Positions 11,501 to 20,306 of a stretch of 64,000 nt of DNA are shown one piece after another. A program made the position numbers and the translations under genes. Where the stretch lies: NCBI GenBank assembly GCA_963667175.2, contig CAXXXF010000018.1:96001-160000 (forward strand), read 5' to 3'. Position 1 is the first letter of the stretch, and every line of letters begins with the position of its first letter. This DNA is from Candidatus Latescibacterota bacterium (lineage in GTDB: Bacteria; Latescibacterota; UBA2968; GCA-2709665). The notes under the pieces were generated by a model. The model did not search any database. It was not told where the DNA came from and worked only from the letters and a program-made list of their open reading frames with translations.

Positions 11501-12789
11501 TTTCGGAGGACGGGAGCACACTGGTCACCGGCTCGGCGGACGGCACGGTCAAACTGTGGGACGTCGCCACGCAGGAACTGAAGGACACCCTGAGAGATCA
11601 CGGGGGCATGGTCTATTCAGTAGCGTTCGCACGCGGCGGATCGATCCTTGCCTCGGGGTCGGCGGACGGATCGGTCGTCGTTCGAAACGTCGCGACGGGA
11701 AATGCCGCCGTGATCTACGGATACAGGTCTCTTGCGTCGTTGACCGTTTCGCCCGACGGAGGCACGCTGGCCACGGGCACGCGTGACAACCGCGTGACGC
11801 TGTGGGACGTGTCGACGCGAACGGCGGTCGCGACACTCGCGGAGCACACCGATTGGGTCCGCTCAGTGGCGTTTTCGCGCGACAGGAGCACGTTGGCATC
11901 CGGGTCGAGCGATCACTCAATCAGGCTGTGGGACGTGGCCACGCGAACCGTGATCGCCACGCTTGACGGGCGTAGCTGGGTCTATTCGCTGGCGTTTTCT
12001 CCGGACGGGAGCACGCTGGCCGCAGGGCTGCGACGTGGAACGGCGACGTTGTGGGACCTGGCGACACGTGCCCGGGTCGCAATTCTCGATGGCCATGAGC
12101 CCACGGGCGGCGTCGGATCCGTGGCGTTTTCTCCGGACGGGAGCACGCTGGCCACAGGATCCAGCGACAGGACGGTCAAGTTCTGGGACGTGGCCGCGCG
12201 AACGGAGATCGCCACGCTGGAAGGACACAACGGCTGGGTGTATTCGGTCGCGTTTTCGGAGGATGGGAGCGCCCTGGCTTCGGGGTCGCAGGACGGCACG
12301 GTGCGAATATGGGACGTGGCCGCGCGAACGGAGATTGCCACGCTGGAAGGACACAGCGGCTGGGTGTATTCGGTCGCGTTTTCGGAGGATGGGAGCGCCC
12401 TGGCTTCGGGGTCGCAGGACGGCACGGTGCGAATATGGGACGTGGCCGCGCGAACGGAGATTGCCACGCTGGAAGGGCACAGCGACTGGGTCTATTCGGT
12501 CGCGTTCCTCGACGACGCAAACCGGCTGGTGTCCGGATCGAGAGACGGCACAATGCTGTTGTGGGATCTCTCGGCGCCGGAACCGCCGCCGGTGACGACT
12601 CCGAGGACTCCCGTGGCGGACTTCAACGGTGACGGCGCCGTGGGTTTCGCCGACTTCGTGTTGTTCGCGCAACACTTCGGATTGCGGCAAGGTGACGCGG
12701 GTTTTGACGCCAGGTACGACCTGGATGAAGACGGCGTAATCGCCTTCAGCGACTTTGTGGAGTTTGCCGGCGCGTTCGGACAGGGTTAA
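8557..12789 (+). CDS. secreted WD40-repeat protein with central Ig-like (Big_1-like) domain and C-terminal dockerin/EF-hand-like tag
   Basis: signal peptide; more than 20 GH..V.S.AFSPDG.TLA.GS.D..V.LWD repeats; ISGDGQEG...VTFTV Ig module; ADFNGDGAVGFADF...YDLDEDGVIAFSDF; start may be 8515. Confidence 0.9.
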   Translation: MRNTFIKWKMSLPFLALLAMLCGHPASVAGQEAIEEADYQTWHLPNGATARLGKGTIGFGDRELDVSTDGRTLAIGSRVGVWLYDGTRARTLALLPSPDRIASVSFSPDGSTLATVSEAGTLLLWDVATRSENATLEGHSGKVNAALFSPAGNTLATTTEEGAVILWDAASRTQAATLNGHAGNVTSIAFSPDGGTLATASEDGLVLLWDVNAQTRLDTPEGIADAVTSLSFSRDGGTLATASGDSSVVLWDVALAEADTLMGDAADVTLVAFSPKADTLTTASADGTVLLWNVAERRVVDTFEGHTGSVTSLVFSKDGGTLATGSADGTVRFWDVETGYFVAFGGHRPAVTSIGLSPDSDTLAAGSAGGAVHLWDVGERMQFDILKRHRESVTSVVYAPDGDTLATASQDSTVVLWDVASRMAASTFEGHGDGVRSAAYSPDGTMLATVSDDGAVLLWEGATRRVAATLGGSADGFGSVVFSPEGDALATGSANGSVVLWDVASRSRIAALEGHRGSVNTVVFSPDGSTVVTGSSDKTIKVWDVATRSQLATLQGHTGGVGALDFSLDGSRLVSGSNDNSIKLWNVSARTEVATLVGHTANVNSVVFSSDRVTLVSGSEDGTMLLWDLSAWLGLRPLSLETISGDGQEGAPGGTLAKPLVVEVKDHNGDPVPGVAVTFTVSAGQGRLGDRFTVQQTRTDADGRASVVLTLGNRVGTNTVEVTLGGRELATFSADGVGTSPVVMDGDPRRWRLPERATARLGRGAIGRGDRALALSRDAKTLAVASGVGVWLYDVGRSRDAALLSGPERVHAVAFSRSGALAAGLANGGVELWNPAMGARIATLEGSAASIVSVAFSDDGATIAAGAEDGTVRLWDVDGQTGVATVRAHSGSVTSVAFSSDGATLATGSAYGAVKLWDVGARTEAAALEGHADGVHSVAFSADGSTLAAGLAAGTVKLWNTVARTEAGTLRGHADGVRSVAFSEDGSTLVTGSADGTVKLWDVATQELKDTLRDHGGMVYSVAFARGGSILASGSADGSVVVRNVATGNAAVIYGYRSLASLTVSPDGGTLATGTRDNRVTLWDVSTRTAVATLAEHTDWVRSVAFSRDRSTLASGSSDHSIRLWDVATRTVIATLDGRSWVYSLAFSPDGSTLAAGLRRGTATLWDLATRARVAILDGHEPTGGVGSVAFSPDGSTLATGSSDRTVKFWDVAARTEIATLEGHNGWVYSVAFSEDGSALASGSQDGTVRIWDVAARTEIATLEGHSGWVYSVAFSEDGSALASGSQDGTVRIWDVAARTEIATLEGHSDWVYSVAFLDDANRLVSGSRDGTMLLWDLSAPEPPPVTTPRTPVADFNGDGAVGFADFVLFAQHFGLRQGDAGFDARYDLDEDGVIAFSDFVEFAGAFGQG
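12184..12507 (+). repeat. near-identical 126-bp tandem repeat (about 2.5 units, one WD40 blade each)
   Basis: units begin TGGGACGTGGCCGCGCGAACGGAGAT at 12184, 12310 and 12436. Confidence 0.9.
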
Positions 12790-12879
12790 GCCATGGACGG
12801 GGAGTCAGGCCTCCGCGGCGTTGACGGATGAGTTCACGTTGCGAAGGGGATGACGGGCTCGGTGAGGCTGGAAGGGAAG

Positions 12880-13626
12880 CTAACGGATGATCTCGATTCG
12901 GACCACGTTCTTGACGTTGGCGCACTTGTCGTCGGTCTCAGGAATGAACAGGCGGATCGGCCCGCCCAGCCGTTCGGGGAGCGGATGGCCGCCGATGCGG
13001 TAGACGAGGATGCCGTTTTCGACCGCCGCGGCGAGGGAGACCCGCGCAAAAAACCCTTCGTCGGCCGAATGAAAGACGACGTCGCGCTCAGCAACGCCTG
13101 ATGCCGCGCCTCTCAGAAGCGTGGCGACGGAAATCGCGGACCCGCGCCGTCCAGGAACCAAACGGCCGACGTCTTCGATCTGCTCGGGGATCCGCAGCAG
13201 GTCACCGTACGTGAATACCATCGGCCCTGGCAGGCATCCCTCGACGGTCAACAACGGCGCGGTTTCGTCACTGTCCAGGCCCGACGTTGTCTGGTCGATG
13301 TAATCGTGTGCGATTTCGACCAGCCTCGGGTCGAAGCCGACGGCCGGCGCGACGCGAATTTCAAGATCCGGATGGTCCCTGCAAACTGTGTCCGTACGCT
13401 GTCGGATCAGACGCAACTCCGGCTTGCCAGCATGGAAGAGGAACGGCAGGACCGCGATCCGGGCTGCGCCGCGTTGAACGCACGCCGCCAGCGCGTCTTC
13501 CAGGGCCGGGTGGCCTTCCAGAACGCCGGCCTCAACCGCAACGCCCCTGTGCCGCAGCGCGTCGGCGACCTGAGTGAGACAGTTGTCATCCGGGTGCCGC
13601 CCGACCAGTACCGTGGCGTGAGTCAT
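12880..13626 (-). CDS. CbiX/SirB-like chelatase domain fused to molybdopterin-oxidoreductase-like domain
   Basis: P.LEDAL..CV.RGA.RIAVLPFLF and G.DPRL (CbiX-like); C-terminal PLPERLGGPIRLFIP...NVKNVVRIE; GGAGG RBS before ATG 13626. Confidence 0.65.
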   Translation of the reverse strand: MTHATVLVGRHPDDNCLTQVADALRHRGVAVEAGVLEGHPALEDALAACVQRGAARIAVLPFLFHAGKPELRLIRQRTDTVCRDHPDLEIRVAPAVGFDPRLVEIAHDYIDQTTSGLDSDETAPLLTVEGCLPGPMVFTYGDLLRIPEQIEDVGRLVPGRRGSAISVATLLRGAASGVAERDVVFHSADEGFFARVSLAAAVENGILVYRIGGHPLPERLGGPIRLFIPETDDKCANVKNVVRIEIIR

Positions 13627-13763
13627 CGGACTGCCTCCATCGTTCGACGGTATCTTCAAGCAATGCACCGATGATCCCCGGCGCGCGACCCTCGACGTCC
13701 TTGTTCCGCTTCTGACCGCACAACCAGATCCTGATCGCCGTCGCCAATCCGGCGAGTGAGGGT

Positions 13764-13785
13764 ATACACACACAAGTGTGTGTAT
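13764..13785. promoter_or_regulatory. palindromic site ATACACACAC-AA-GTGTGTGTAT, copy 2
   Basis: perfect 10-bp arms, about 140 bp upstream of the CbiX-like gene. Confidence 0.45.
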
Positions 13786-13841
13786 TGGCCAATTTCCTGA
13801 TTTTACGTCGGTTAATTCCAGTTGTGAGCCACCATCTCGCG

Positions 13842-14123
13842 TTATTCGTCCTGCCGACTCGAAGCCCCTCTCAATTCCCTTCGCGCAACCGATAGCGCCA
13901 TGACTTCCAGTGCGTTGATGAGGTAGACGTCGCGCGCGTGGCTGTCCAGGGCCTCGGCCATCTGTTTGGCGAGCGCGGGAATTTCAGCCTCCAGATCGGC
14001 TCTCATGTCTTCCCAGCCGGTCAGTCGACCGTGTTTGCCGCGGTACGACTCCCGTGCGGCCCGGTAGATGGCCCTGGCGAGCGTGCGCGGGTCTCCGTCG
14101 AGATGGATCTGGGGTTCGTTCAT
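13842..14123 (-). CDS. small hypothetical helical protein
   Basis: 93-aa ORF from MNEPQ with host-like codon usage. Confidence 0.5.
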   Translation of the reverse strand: MNEPQIHLDGDPRTLARAIYRAARESYRGKHGRLTGWEDMRADLEAEIPALAKQMAEALDSHARDVYLINALEVMALSVARRELRGASSRQDE

Positions 14124-14151
14124 CTTGCCTTGTGCGGTCGCGGGTTTGAGG

Positions 14152-14208
14152 GTGGGGCCTGCCTGCAGCGCAGTTCGCTGCGCAGGCAGGCAGACGTTCC
14201 TGTCTGCC
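14152..14208. repeat. REP-like palindrome GTGGGGCAGACGTTCCTGTCTGCC interrupted by a CCTGCCTGC...GCAGGCAGG palindrome
   Basis: removing the inner hairpin restores a unit matching 20/23 nt to the inverted copy at 15771-15793. Confidence 0.65.
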
Positions 14209-14236
14209 TGATTTCGACGGTGCATTTTTCTTGCGG

Positions 14237-15553
14237 TCATTCATCCTGTTTCTTGTTCAATTCTCTTTCCAGTCTTCTGACATTTCGCCCAGTAAGAGTT
14301 ACCTCTCCGACTCCAGGCAGGTTGACCCTTACGTTCGATGCGGCCTTCAGTAACACACCTATGGCATCTTCCGATGGATGCTGAGCCCGCCCACCGTTCG
14401 ACTGATCCATAAATAAGCCCGCCGTCAGGCGGTCCACCATCACGCCAGGCATCTCGCCGCCCTTGTCTTCCTGCCACTCCAACAACATCTCAGTAGCGTA
14501 GCCGGCTCGATCTACGTCCAGCGCAAGTTGCTGAAGTTTAAACTCCTGGTCCGCATGCTGCCTGAACCAGTGATCGTTCCATCGAATATAGTAGATCGCA
14601 GTGAGGGCGAATCCGAATAACCCTAGCGGAAGTCGCCCGAAGTCCAACCATAGCGCCAAGCCTTCCGTTGCAATTGGTGGAACGAACAGCGAACGCGCGA
14701 TCAATCCTCCTGACGCAAGGAGCAGAACCACAAATATCATATGAATCGGCCACCGCTTTCGTTGTGTTTCTGGCGTCAGCTCGAATTTCTCGGATCGATT
14801 TGCAATCTTCTTTTGTAGATCCCTGCTCTGCTCCCTCCGCGCGTGTCTCGCCGTACGATCATCGAGTTCCTTTCTTAGGCTATCAAGTTGTTCATCGCGG
14901 GCTTTTAATTCAGCCAACCGCTCAGCGTGTCTTTCCTCACGGCTTTGGTCTTTTTCGTCAAATGCCTTCGAGAGTGCCTTCTTGTGCTCTGCCACTTCGG
15001 CATCGAGCTTCAGGCGATAGTCGTGAGTCTCCTTCACGATTCTATTGGTCAATGCCTCCAGGCGAGACAGACCTTCTTCTCGGAGCCGGTAAAACTCGGC
15101 CATTTCTGGTCCAAGTGCCCGCTCTATCGATGCCGTCCGGTTGAATGGAACGAACTGCTTCTGAACGGCGGCTAACGACTTAGAGACTTCTAAAGGGTCA
15201 TGAGGACCTTCTTCATAGGAAAATTGGATCTCGTCGGCGCCTTTTTTACCGTCCCGGCGGACGGTTATTTGCAGTTTCAATGCCACAAAACTGATTATTG
15301 CAATACTCCAGGTTGCACTGTCGTGTTGTTTAGCGAATTGTGTGAGCGGATGACGCTCTACCTCAATTAAAGTGAAAGGCGGTACTTCATAACTGTCAAT
15401 TAAGGCCACCGATACATGACAATCTGGTGGTTTCTGGCCCAGGTCGTTTGCAATTTCCGCAAAAGCGCTCAAGACTCTTGCGTCACTGGACGTAGGCGAG
15501 TGGAACGCTGTGTTCGATGCCAATGTGACCTCCAATCCTGACCGAGAATCCAC
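14237..15553 (-). CDS. hypothetical coiled-coil protein with two TM helices, low GC
   Basis: 438-aa ORF; long charged heptad-rich region then two hydrophobic segments; visibly more AT-rich than its flanks. Confidence 0.75.
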   Translation of the reverse strand: MDSRSGLEVTLASNTAFHSPTSSDARVLSAFAEIANDLGQKPPDCHVSVALIDSYEVPPFTLIEVERHPLTQFAKQHDSATWSIAIISFVALKLQITVRRDGKKGADEIQFSYEEGPHDPLEVSKSLAAVQKQFVPFNRTASIERALGPEMAEFYRLREEGLSRLEALTNRIVKETHDYRLKLDAEVAEHKKALSKAFDEKDQSREERHAERLAELKARDEQLDSLRKELDDRTARHARREQSRDLQKKIANRSEKFELTPETQRKRWPIHMIFVVLLLASGGLIARSLFVPPIATEGLALWLDFGRLPLGLFGFALTAIYYIRWNDHWFRQHADQEFKLQQLALDVDRAGYATEMLLEWQEDKGGEMPGVMVDRLTAGLFMDQSNGGRAQHPSEDAIGVLLKAASNVRVNLPGVGEVTLTGRNVRRLERELNKKQDE

Positions 15554-15770
15554 AAGAGTTCAAATTCAAAAATAACTACATGCCAAGTTATATCCGTTGG
15601 ACTCGGCCCAGGTCTTTTCTACGAAGCCAACCTCAATTCGAGTTCTGGCCTCGATCAGACCTCGATCGCGAATCCATTTCCTCCAATTGACCCTACTCGA
15701 CGTGGAACACCGGGGCGAGTCGCGACATGTCCGGACGCAGGGTTCTTGGGCTTCGGTTTCATGGATGCGA

Positions 15771-15793
15771 GCAGACAGGAATATCTGCTCCAC
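15771..15793. repeat. REP-like palindrome, inverted copy
   Basis: GCAGACAGGAATATCTGCTCCAC; reverse complement matches the unit at 14152-14208. Confidence 0.6.
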
Positions 15794-15922
15794 CCTTACA
15801 ATCCATTGTAGGACGAAGCGCATGAGTCCATCAGCGACTTGCGACTAAAGGGCAGTCCTCGTCTTCACTTACCCAAGCGAGAATCGTCACTGGTCGGCGT
15901 GCCCCGTGAACGCAACTTGATC

Positions 15923-18900
15923 TCATTCACTCGACCCGACGGGTTCGAAGCGGACGGTATCGCCGACCACGTAGTCCACGATCTGGACCCAGGCGCCGGG
16001 CGCGAGGTTCCGTAGCCGGTCCCCGTCGCCCCGGTTGGGGTCGATCCGGACCGTCGTGCGGACCCTTCCCGGGGGCCACGAGCCGACGTTGGACGCGTTG
16101 GCGATGACGGCCCAGTCGTCGTTCGCGCCGGTTCGGATCCGCGTACCGTTGAGATTGCCCGACTTCGCCAGGACGTGAAATCCGAAGTCGATCTTTCCGC
16201 CTTTCGCGGCAACAACCGTTGCGCGTCCGAGGAGCGAAGTGACGTCCAGCGTGAGCCGAACGACCGGGTCACCGGCGGCCTGGATGGCCTCGACGCGGTA
16301 GCTGTGGGCGCGTTCATCGGGATTGACGGTCACGCGGTCTCCGGCGGCGACGCCCTCCAGGCCTTCCACGTCGATGGTGCACCCGTCGCGGTCGAGAGCG
16401 ACGATTCGGCCGGTCTGTTGCGCCCGATTGACGGCGAGCGACGTCTTGGCGTTACGAAACGAAGACGCGCCCACGGTTGAGATCTGTCCGTCGACTGCTA
16501 CCGCCAGGGCGCCTTCCAACCTGGCGCCGTCGTCAAAGGACGTGGCGTCGCCGGGACCTGACTCCGGCGCCCAGTAAAGGGCGATCTCCCTGCCCTGCAT
16601 TGTGGTCAGCCTGACGCCCGCGGCGGCGGAAGACGCCGCTGGAATGGCGATCGCTTCGGCAAGGGTCGGTTCGCCGATCCGGGGTTCGAATACGAGATCG
16701 ACGCAGGTGGCGTCGTCCTGCGGCGTCCGGCGCCAGAGGACCGGATGATACAGGTAGTTGGACGTTTCGGGCGTCCCCATCGCCTGGGCCGCGCGTGCGG
16801 AGAACAGACGGGTTCCGGGGGAGACGCGCAACTGATGCAGATCCAGGCGGGCCGCGGGCTCGACCAGCGATTGCCAGGTCCCGCTGAAGGCCGGCGGCGC
16901 ATGGCCGGTTGTCACGTCGTCCATGTACGCCAGAGCGGTATGGTCGGGGTGCGGCAGGTCGCCGGTCTCCCCGCGTTCGATATGAGGTCCGGCGACGGTT
17001 CCGGTTTGCGGCAGAAGTCCCGCGTTGTCCGATCGGAACGCGCCTTCGAGCCCCCGGCAGGTGCGCCAATGGTTCGTGCCTCCCGCGATCCTGGAAAGAT
17101 CGACGAGCGCGACGCCGTCGCCGTCGGTCGCCACGAGGGCGATGAGGCGGCGGAAGGCGACACCGAGCCTGCGCCATCCCCGCGACTCGTCGTGTGCCCA
17201 CCGATGCGCCTCGACGTCCAGCACCTGGACGCCGTCCGCAAAGAGGCTGCGCACCAGGCGCCCGCGGCCCGCGCTGACGGGTTCACCGGGAGGCAGGTCG
17301 GACCAGACCGTGTTGTGGGTAGCCCAGTGAGATTCCCATGGGGACATGCTCGCCCATGACTGGGGGTATCCCAGGTCGGTCAGAAACGGACGCTCGAATG
17401 CGAACAACTGGACGTCCAGAAGGTCCCGGTGCCGGTGGTGGAGCGTATCCCCGTACACGATACCGGCCGCGGCCCGTTCGGGGGCTTCGGGCGTGCGCAG
17501 GATCGCAATGCCAACGCCGTCGTGAACCGTGGGGCCGAGGGCGCGGCGCCGCCGGTCTTCAACGGCCGATTGAATTTCGCGCACCAGCGGATCATTCGTG
17601 AAGGCCGCGGCTCGACTGAGAAGACTCGGGTCCATCGGCGGATGAAACAGGTCGTTTTCCAACCGGATCGTGCCCTCGCCCTTGAAGCCCGCGGAACCGG
17701 GCGCGGACCCGTCGCCAAACTGGAAATAGGACTTGCCGCACATCGTGATTTCGTGCAGCGCCCGCGGCACGTGCGCGGCCCTCCGATCGTCGAAGAGCGA
17801 AGGGTAGTCGGACTCGGGGTAGGCCTCCGGCTGCCCTGCGCGCAGTTTTCGAAGGTGGTGTTCCAGATCGAACAATCCGTCGCTGTGGATGGCGTTATAG
17901 CCTCCGGTGGCCTCCTGGGGCGTGCCGTCCGGGAAGAAGTCGTTCGTGGTGAACACCCGCAGCGTGTCCGGCCCCTCGTCGTAGACCCATTCCATCACGT
18001 CCCGCGCGTCGGGGCGGTCCAGGCAGCGCAGGACAATGAGCGCCCCCTGGCTTTCTCTCGGAAGGTTGCTGGACGCGCCCCTGTCCAGCGTGACCTGGAG
18101 CAGAGCGGCCAGCATTTCTTCCGTCAGCTGGCAGACGTCGCCGGGGGCCTGCACGGAGAGGCCCATGCACTGCGCCCGATCGACGAGTTCGCGATCCTCC
18201 CTCATCAGCGGCCAGACCGTATCGTAGGCCAGCGCGAGGCATTCGGTCAGATACGGCGTATCGATGCTGTAACGGATGCTGCCCTTGGCCCGAAGCGCCT
18301 GGACCGGGTCCGACTCGTCCGCCCAGTCCGGCTGGCCCCAGTCCCAGGGTTCTTCCACGCCTTTCGACGGACCGTATCGGAACTGCGGTACGGAGGCCAG
18401 GTAGAGCTCTTCCTCCGCGTAGCGCAGCAGAAGCAGTCCGAGTTGTCTCGCGCGGGCTTCGTCGAACCCGCCCGCGCGAAGCGCGTTCGTCATCGCGGCG
18501 ATTCCCGAATTGAAGCTGCGGCATTGGTCCCGGTGATAGGTGGCGGCGAAGAGGTAGATGTGGCCTTCGGCGTCGAAATAACCGTACCCGTCATCGGGAT
18601 ATTCGCCCGATGTGTAGTCTTCGTCCGCCAGGTTGTTGCTCGGATAGACCGAGCCGCAGTTGGGACATACGGACTTGAAGTCGCACGGATGGTGGTTGCG
18701 CGCCCAGGGATAGAAACCGCTGTATTTGAAAATGGCTGTACCGCAGTTCGGGCAACCCTGGTGGCAGTTGGCGAAGTGGGCTTTAGGCAGTTCCGCGCCG
18801 GGAAGCTGCGCCCACAGAACCTGATCCGACTGTGAGGACCACCACGCGACGGTCTGCTCGTCAACACGGCCCGATACGGGTTCGTCCTGCAGGGTCTGCC

Positions 18901-19240
18901 GGGTCTTTGTCGGCCGGTAATTCTTCTCCAGAGGCCAGCGGCGGGGCCACCACGCGCCGTTGTAGCTGTGCGGCCGGCGCAGTTGGTCCAGCGTACGGAC
19001 GCGGATGGTCGTTTCCGCGGACCTGCCGCCGCGCGTTGCGCGGATCGCATAATCGCCGGCCTGGCCTGGAGACCGAAGATAGTGGTAGACGGCGCCGTCC
19101 CGATCGGACCACCTCGCGGCGATCGTCTCGAAATGATCCGCCGAGAGTGTGACGTTTTCGTCCTGCGCCTGAACGGGCAGGCGGAAGCTGCGTCCGGGCA
19201 GAATGACCCTGGGACGCCAGGGGATTGCGGGATCCGGCAT
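15923..19240 (-). CDS. large heparinase II/III-like (alpha-toroid plus beta-sandwich) protein
   Basis: EATGGY, FGDGS, GIAILR, HHRHRDLLD, DLGYP, HNTV motifs; two CPNCG motifs near the N-terminus. Confidence 0.6.
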   Translation of the reverse strand: MPDPAIPWRPRVILPGRSFRLPVQAQDENVTLSADHFETIAARWSDRDGAVYHYLRSPGQAGDYAIRATRGGRSAETTIRVRTLDQLRRPHSYNGAWWPRRWPLEKNYRPTKTRQTLQDEPVSGRVDEQTVAWWSSQSDQVLWAQLPGAELPKAHFANCHQGCPNCGTAIFKYSGFYPWARNHHPCDFKSVCPNCGSVYPSNNLADEDYTSGEYPDDGYGYFDAEGHIYLFAATYHRDQCRSFNSGIAAMTNALRAGGFDEARARQLGLLLLRYAEEELYLASVPQFRYGPSKGVEEPWDWGQPDWADESDPVQALRAKGSIRYSIDTPYLTECLALAYDTVWPLMREDRELVDRAQCMGLSVQAPGDVCQLTEEMLAALLQVTLDRGASSNLPRESQGALIVLRCLDRPDARDVMEWVYDEGPDTLRVFTTNDFFPDGTPQEATGGYNAIHSDGLFDLEHHLRKLRAGQPEAYPESDYPSLFDDRRAAHVPRALHEITMCGKSYFQFGDGSAPGSAGFKGEGTIRLENDLFHPPMDPSLLSRAAAFTNDPLVREIQSAVEDRRRRALGPTVHDGVGIAILRTPEAPERAAAGIVYGDTLHHRHRDLLDVQLFAFERPFLTDLGYPQSWASMSPWESHWATHNTVWSDLPPGEPVSAGRGRLVRSLFADGVQVLDVEAHRWAHDESRGWRRLGVAFRRLIALVATDGDGVALVDLSRIAGGTNHWRTCRGLEGAFRSDNAGLLPQTGTVAGPHIERGETGDLPHPDHTALAYMDDVTTGHAPPAFSGTWQSLVEPAARLDLHQLRVSPGTRLFSARAAQAMGTPETSNYLYHPVLWRRTPQDDATCVDLVFEPRIGEPTLAEAIAIPAASSAAAGVRLTTMQGREIALYWAPESGPGDATSFDDGARLEGALAVAVDGQISTVGASSFRNAKTSLAVNRAQQTGRIVALDRDGCTIDVEGLEGVAAGDRVTVNPDERAHSYRVEAIQAAGDPVVRLTLDVTSLLGRATVVAAKGGKIDFGFHVLAKSGNLNGTRIRTGANDDWAVIANASNVGSWPPGRVRTTVRIDPNRGDGDRLRNLAPGAWVQIVDYVVGDTVRFEPVGSSE

Positions 19241-19301
19241 GGCGACCTTCCTCGGTAAAGGGGATACTGACGTTTGGGTTCGCTCGACTCCGGGCTCGAG
19301 T

Positions 19302-20138
19302 TCACACCGCCATTTTGGCCTTGACAGCCGCGTGGCAGCGGTAGTTGATTAGTCTGAAGTCGTCGTAGACGAAGTCGTCGATCGTGTTCTGGCCGCGGTC
19401 CTCGATGTGCAGGCGCGGGAGCGGATACGGGTCGCGCGACAGTTGTTCCCGGACCGCGTCCAGGTGGTTCAGATAGACGTGGGCATCGGCCAGCGTGTGG
19501 ATGAATTCGCCGGGTTCGAGACCGGTGATTCTGGCAACCATGTGCAGCAGGAGTGAATAGGAGGCGATATTGAGCGGCACCCCCAGAAACATGTCGCAGG
19601 ACCTCTGGTACATCAACATGGAAAGTCTGCCTTCCGCAACGTAGAACTGGAAGAAGGAGTGGCAGGGAGGAAGGGCGACGTCGACGGGCGCGACTTCGGC
19701 GGCATTCCATGCGTTTACGATCATGCGCCTTGAATCGGGGTTGTCGCGGATCAGGTCGATGGCTTCCCGCAGCTGGTCCACGGTCCGTTCCGCCCCGCGC
19801 CATTTCCGCCACTGGACGCCGTAGATGCGTCCCATCGAGCCGTTGTTTTCGCGCAGGCCGAGTCTCCGGAGATAGTCCTGATAGTTGCCGTCCCAGAGTC
19901 TGTTGTAGGGATAGATCTTCTTGAGGTCGTTGATATTGTCGGATCCCGAAATGAACCAGAGAAGCTCGGAGAGCATCGATTTCCACACGAGCTTTTTCGT
20001 GGTGACGGCGGGGAATCCGTCTTTCATATCGTACCGCGCGTGCAGGCCGAAACAGGAGATCGTGCCAACGCCGGTCCGGTCTTCTTTCGTGACGCCGTGT
20101 TCCAGGATATATTTCAGCTGATCGAGGTATCGTATCAT
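19302..20138 (-). CDS. thyA: thymidylate synthase
   Basis: DRTGVGT, ELLWF, YGVQWR, SRRMIV, LPPCH, YQRSCDMFLGVPLNIASY, C-terminal MAV. Confidence 0.97.
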   Translation of the reverse strand: MIRYLDQLKYILEHGVTKEDRTGVGTISCFGLHARYDMKDGFPAVTTKKLVWKSMLSELLWFISGSDNINDLKKIYPYNRLWDGNYQDYLRRLGLRENNGSMGRIYGVQWRKWRGAERTVDQLREAIDLIRDNPDSRRMIVNAWNAAEVAPVDVALPPCHSFFQFYVAEGRLSMLMYQRSCDMFLGVPLNIASYSLLLHMVARITGLEPGEFIHTLADAHVYLNHLDAVREQLSRDPYPLPRLHIEDRGQNTIDDFVYDDFRLINYRCHAAVKAKMAV

Positions 20139-20183
20139 CGTATACCTGTACGGATGAGCCTTCGGCACCTATCGTTCAGTAAA

Positions 20184-20306
20184 GAGCCGTGAGCCGTGAG
20201 ACGTTAGACGTGAGAAACGTCCTTGCCCGTTTGGCTCTTCCTCAATGCCTCCGGCACGAAATGAAACCGCACGGCGCAAACAATTTCTCCCGTCCCCCGT
20301 CTACCC
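20184..20306. repeat. heptamer tandem-repeat element with inverted arms
   Basis: GAGCCGT GAGCCGT GAGACGT TAGACGT GAGA on the left, CTCCCGT CCCCCGT CTACC on the right. Confidence 0.6.

Noticed and set aside
12184-12507. Direct repeats as a CRISPR array
   Set aside because: Contiguous 126-bp in-frame coding units with no spacers, and no cas genes
15566-15823. 85-aa ORF upstream of the low-GC gene
   Set aside because: Runs through a REP-like repeat and has no recognisable motif
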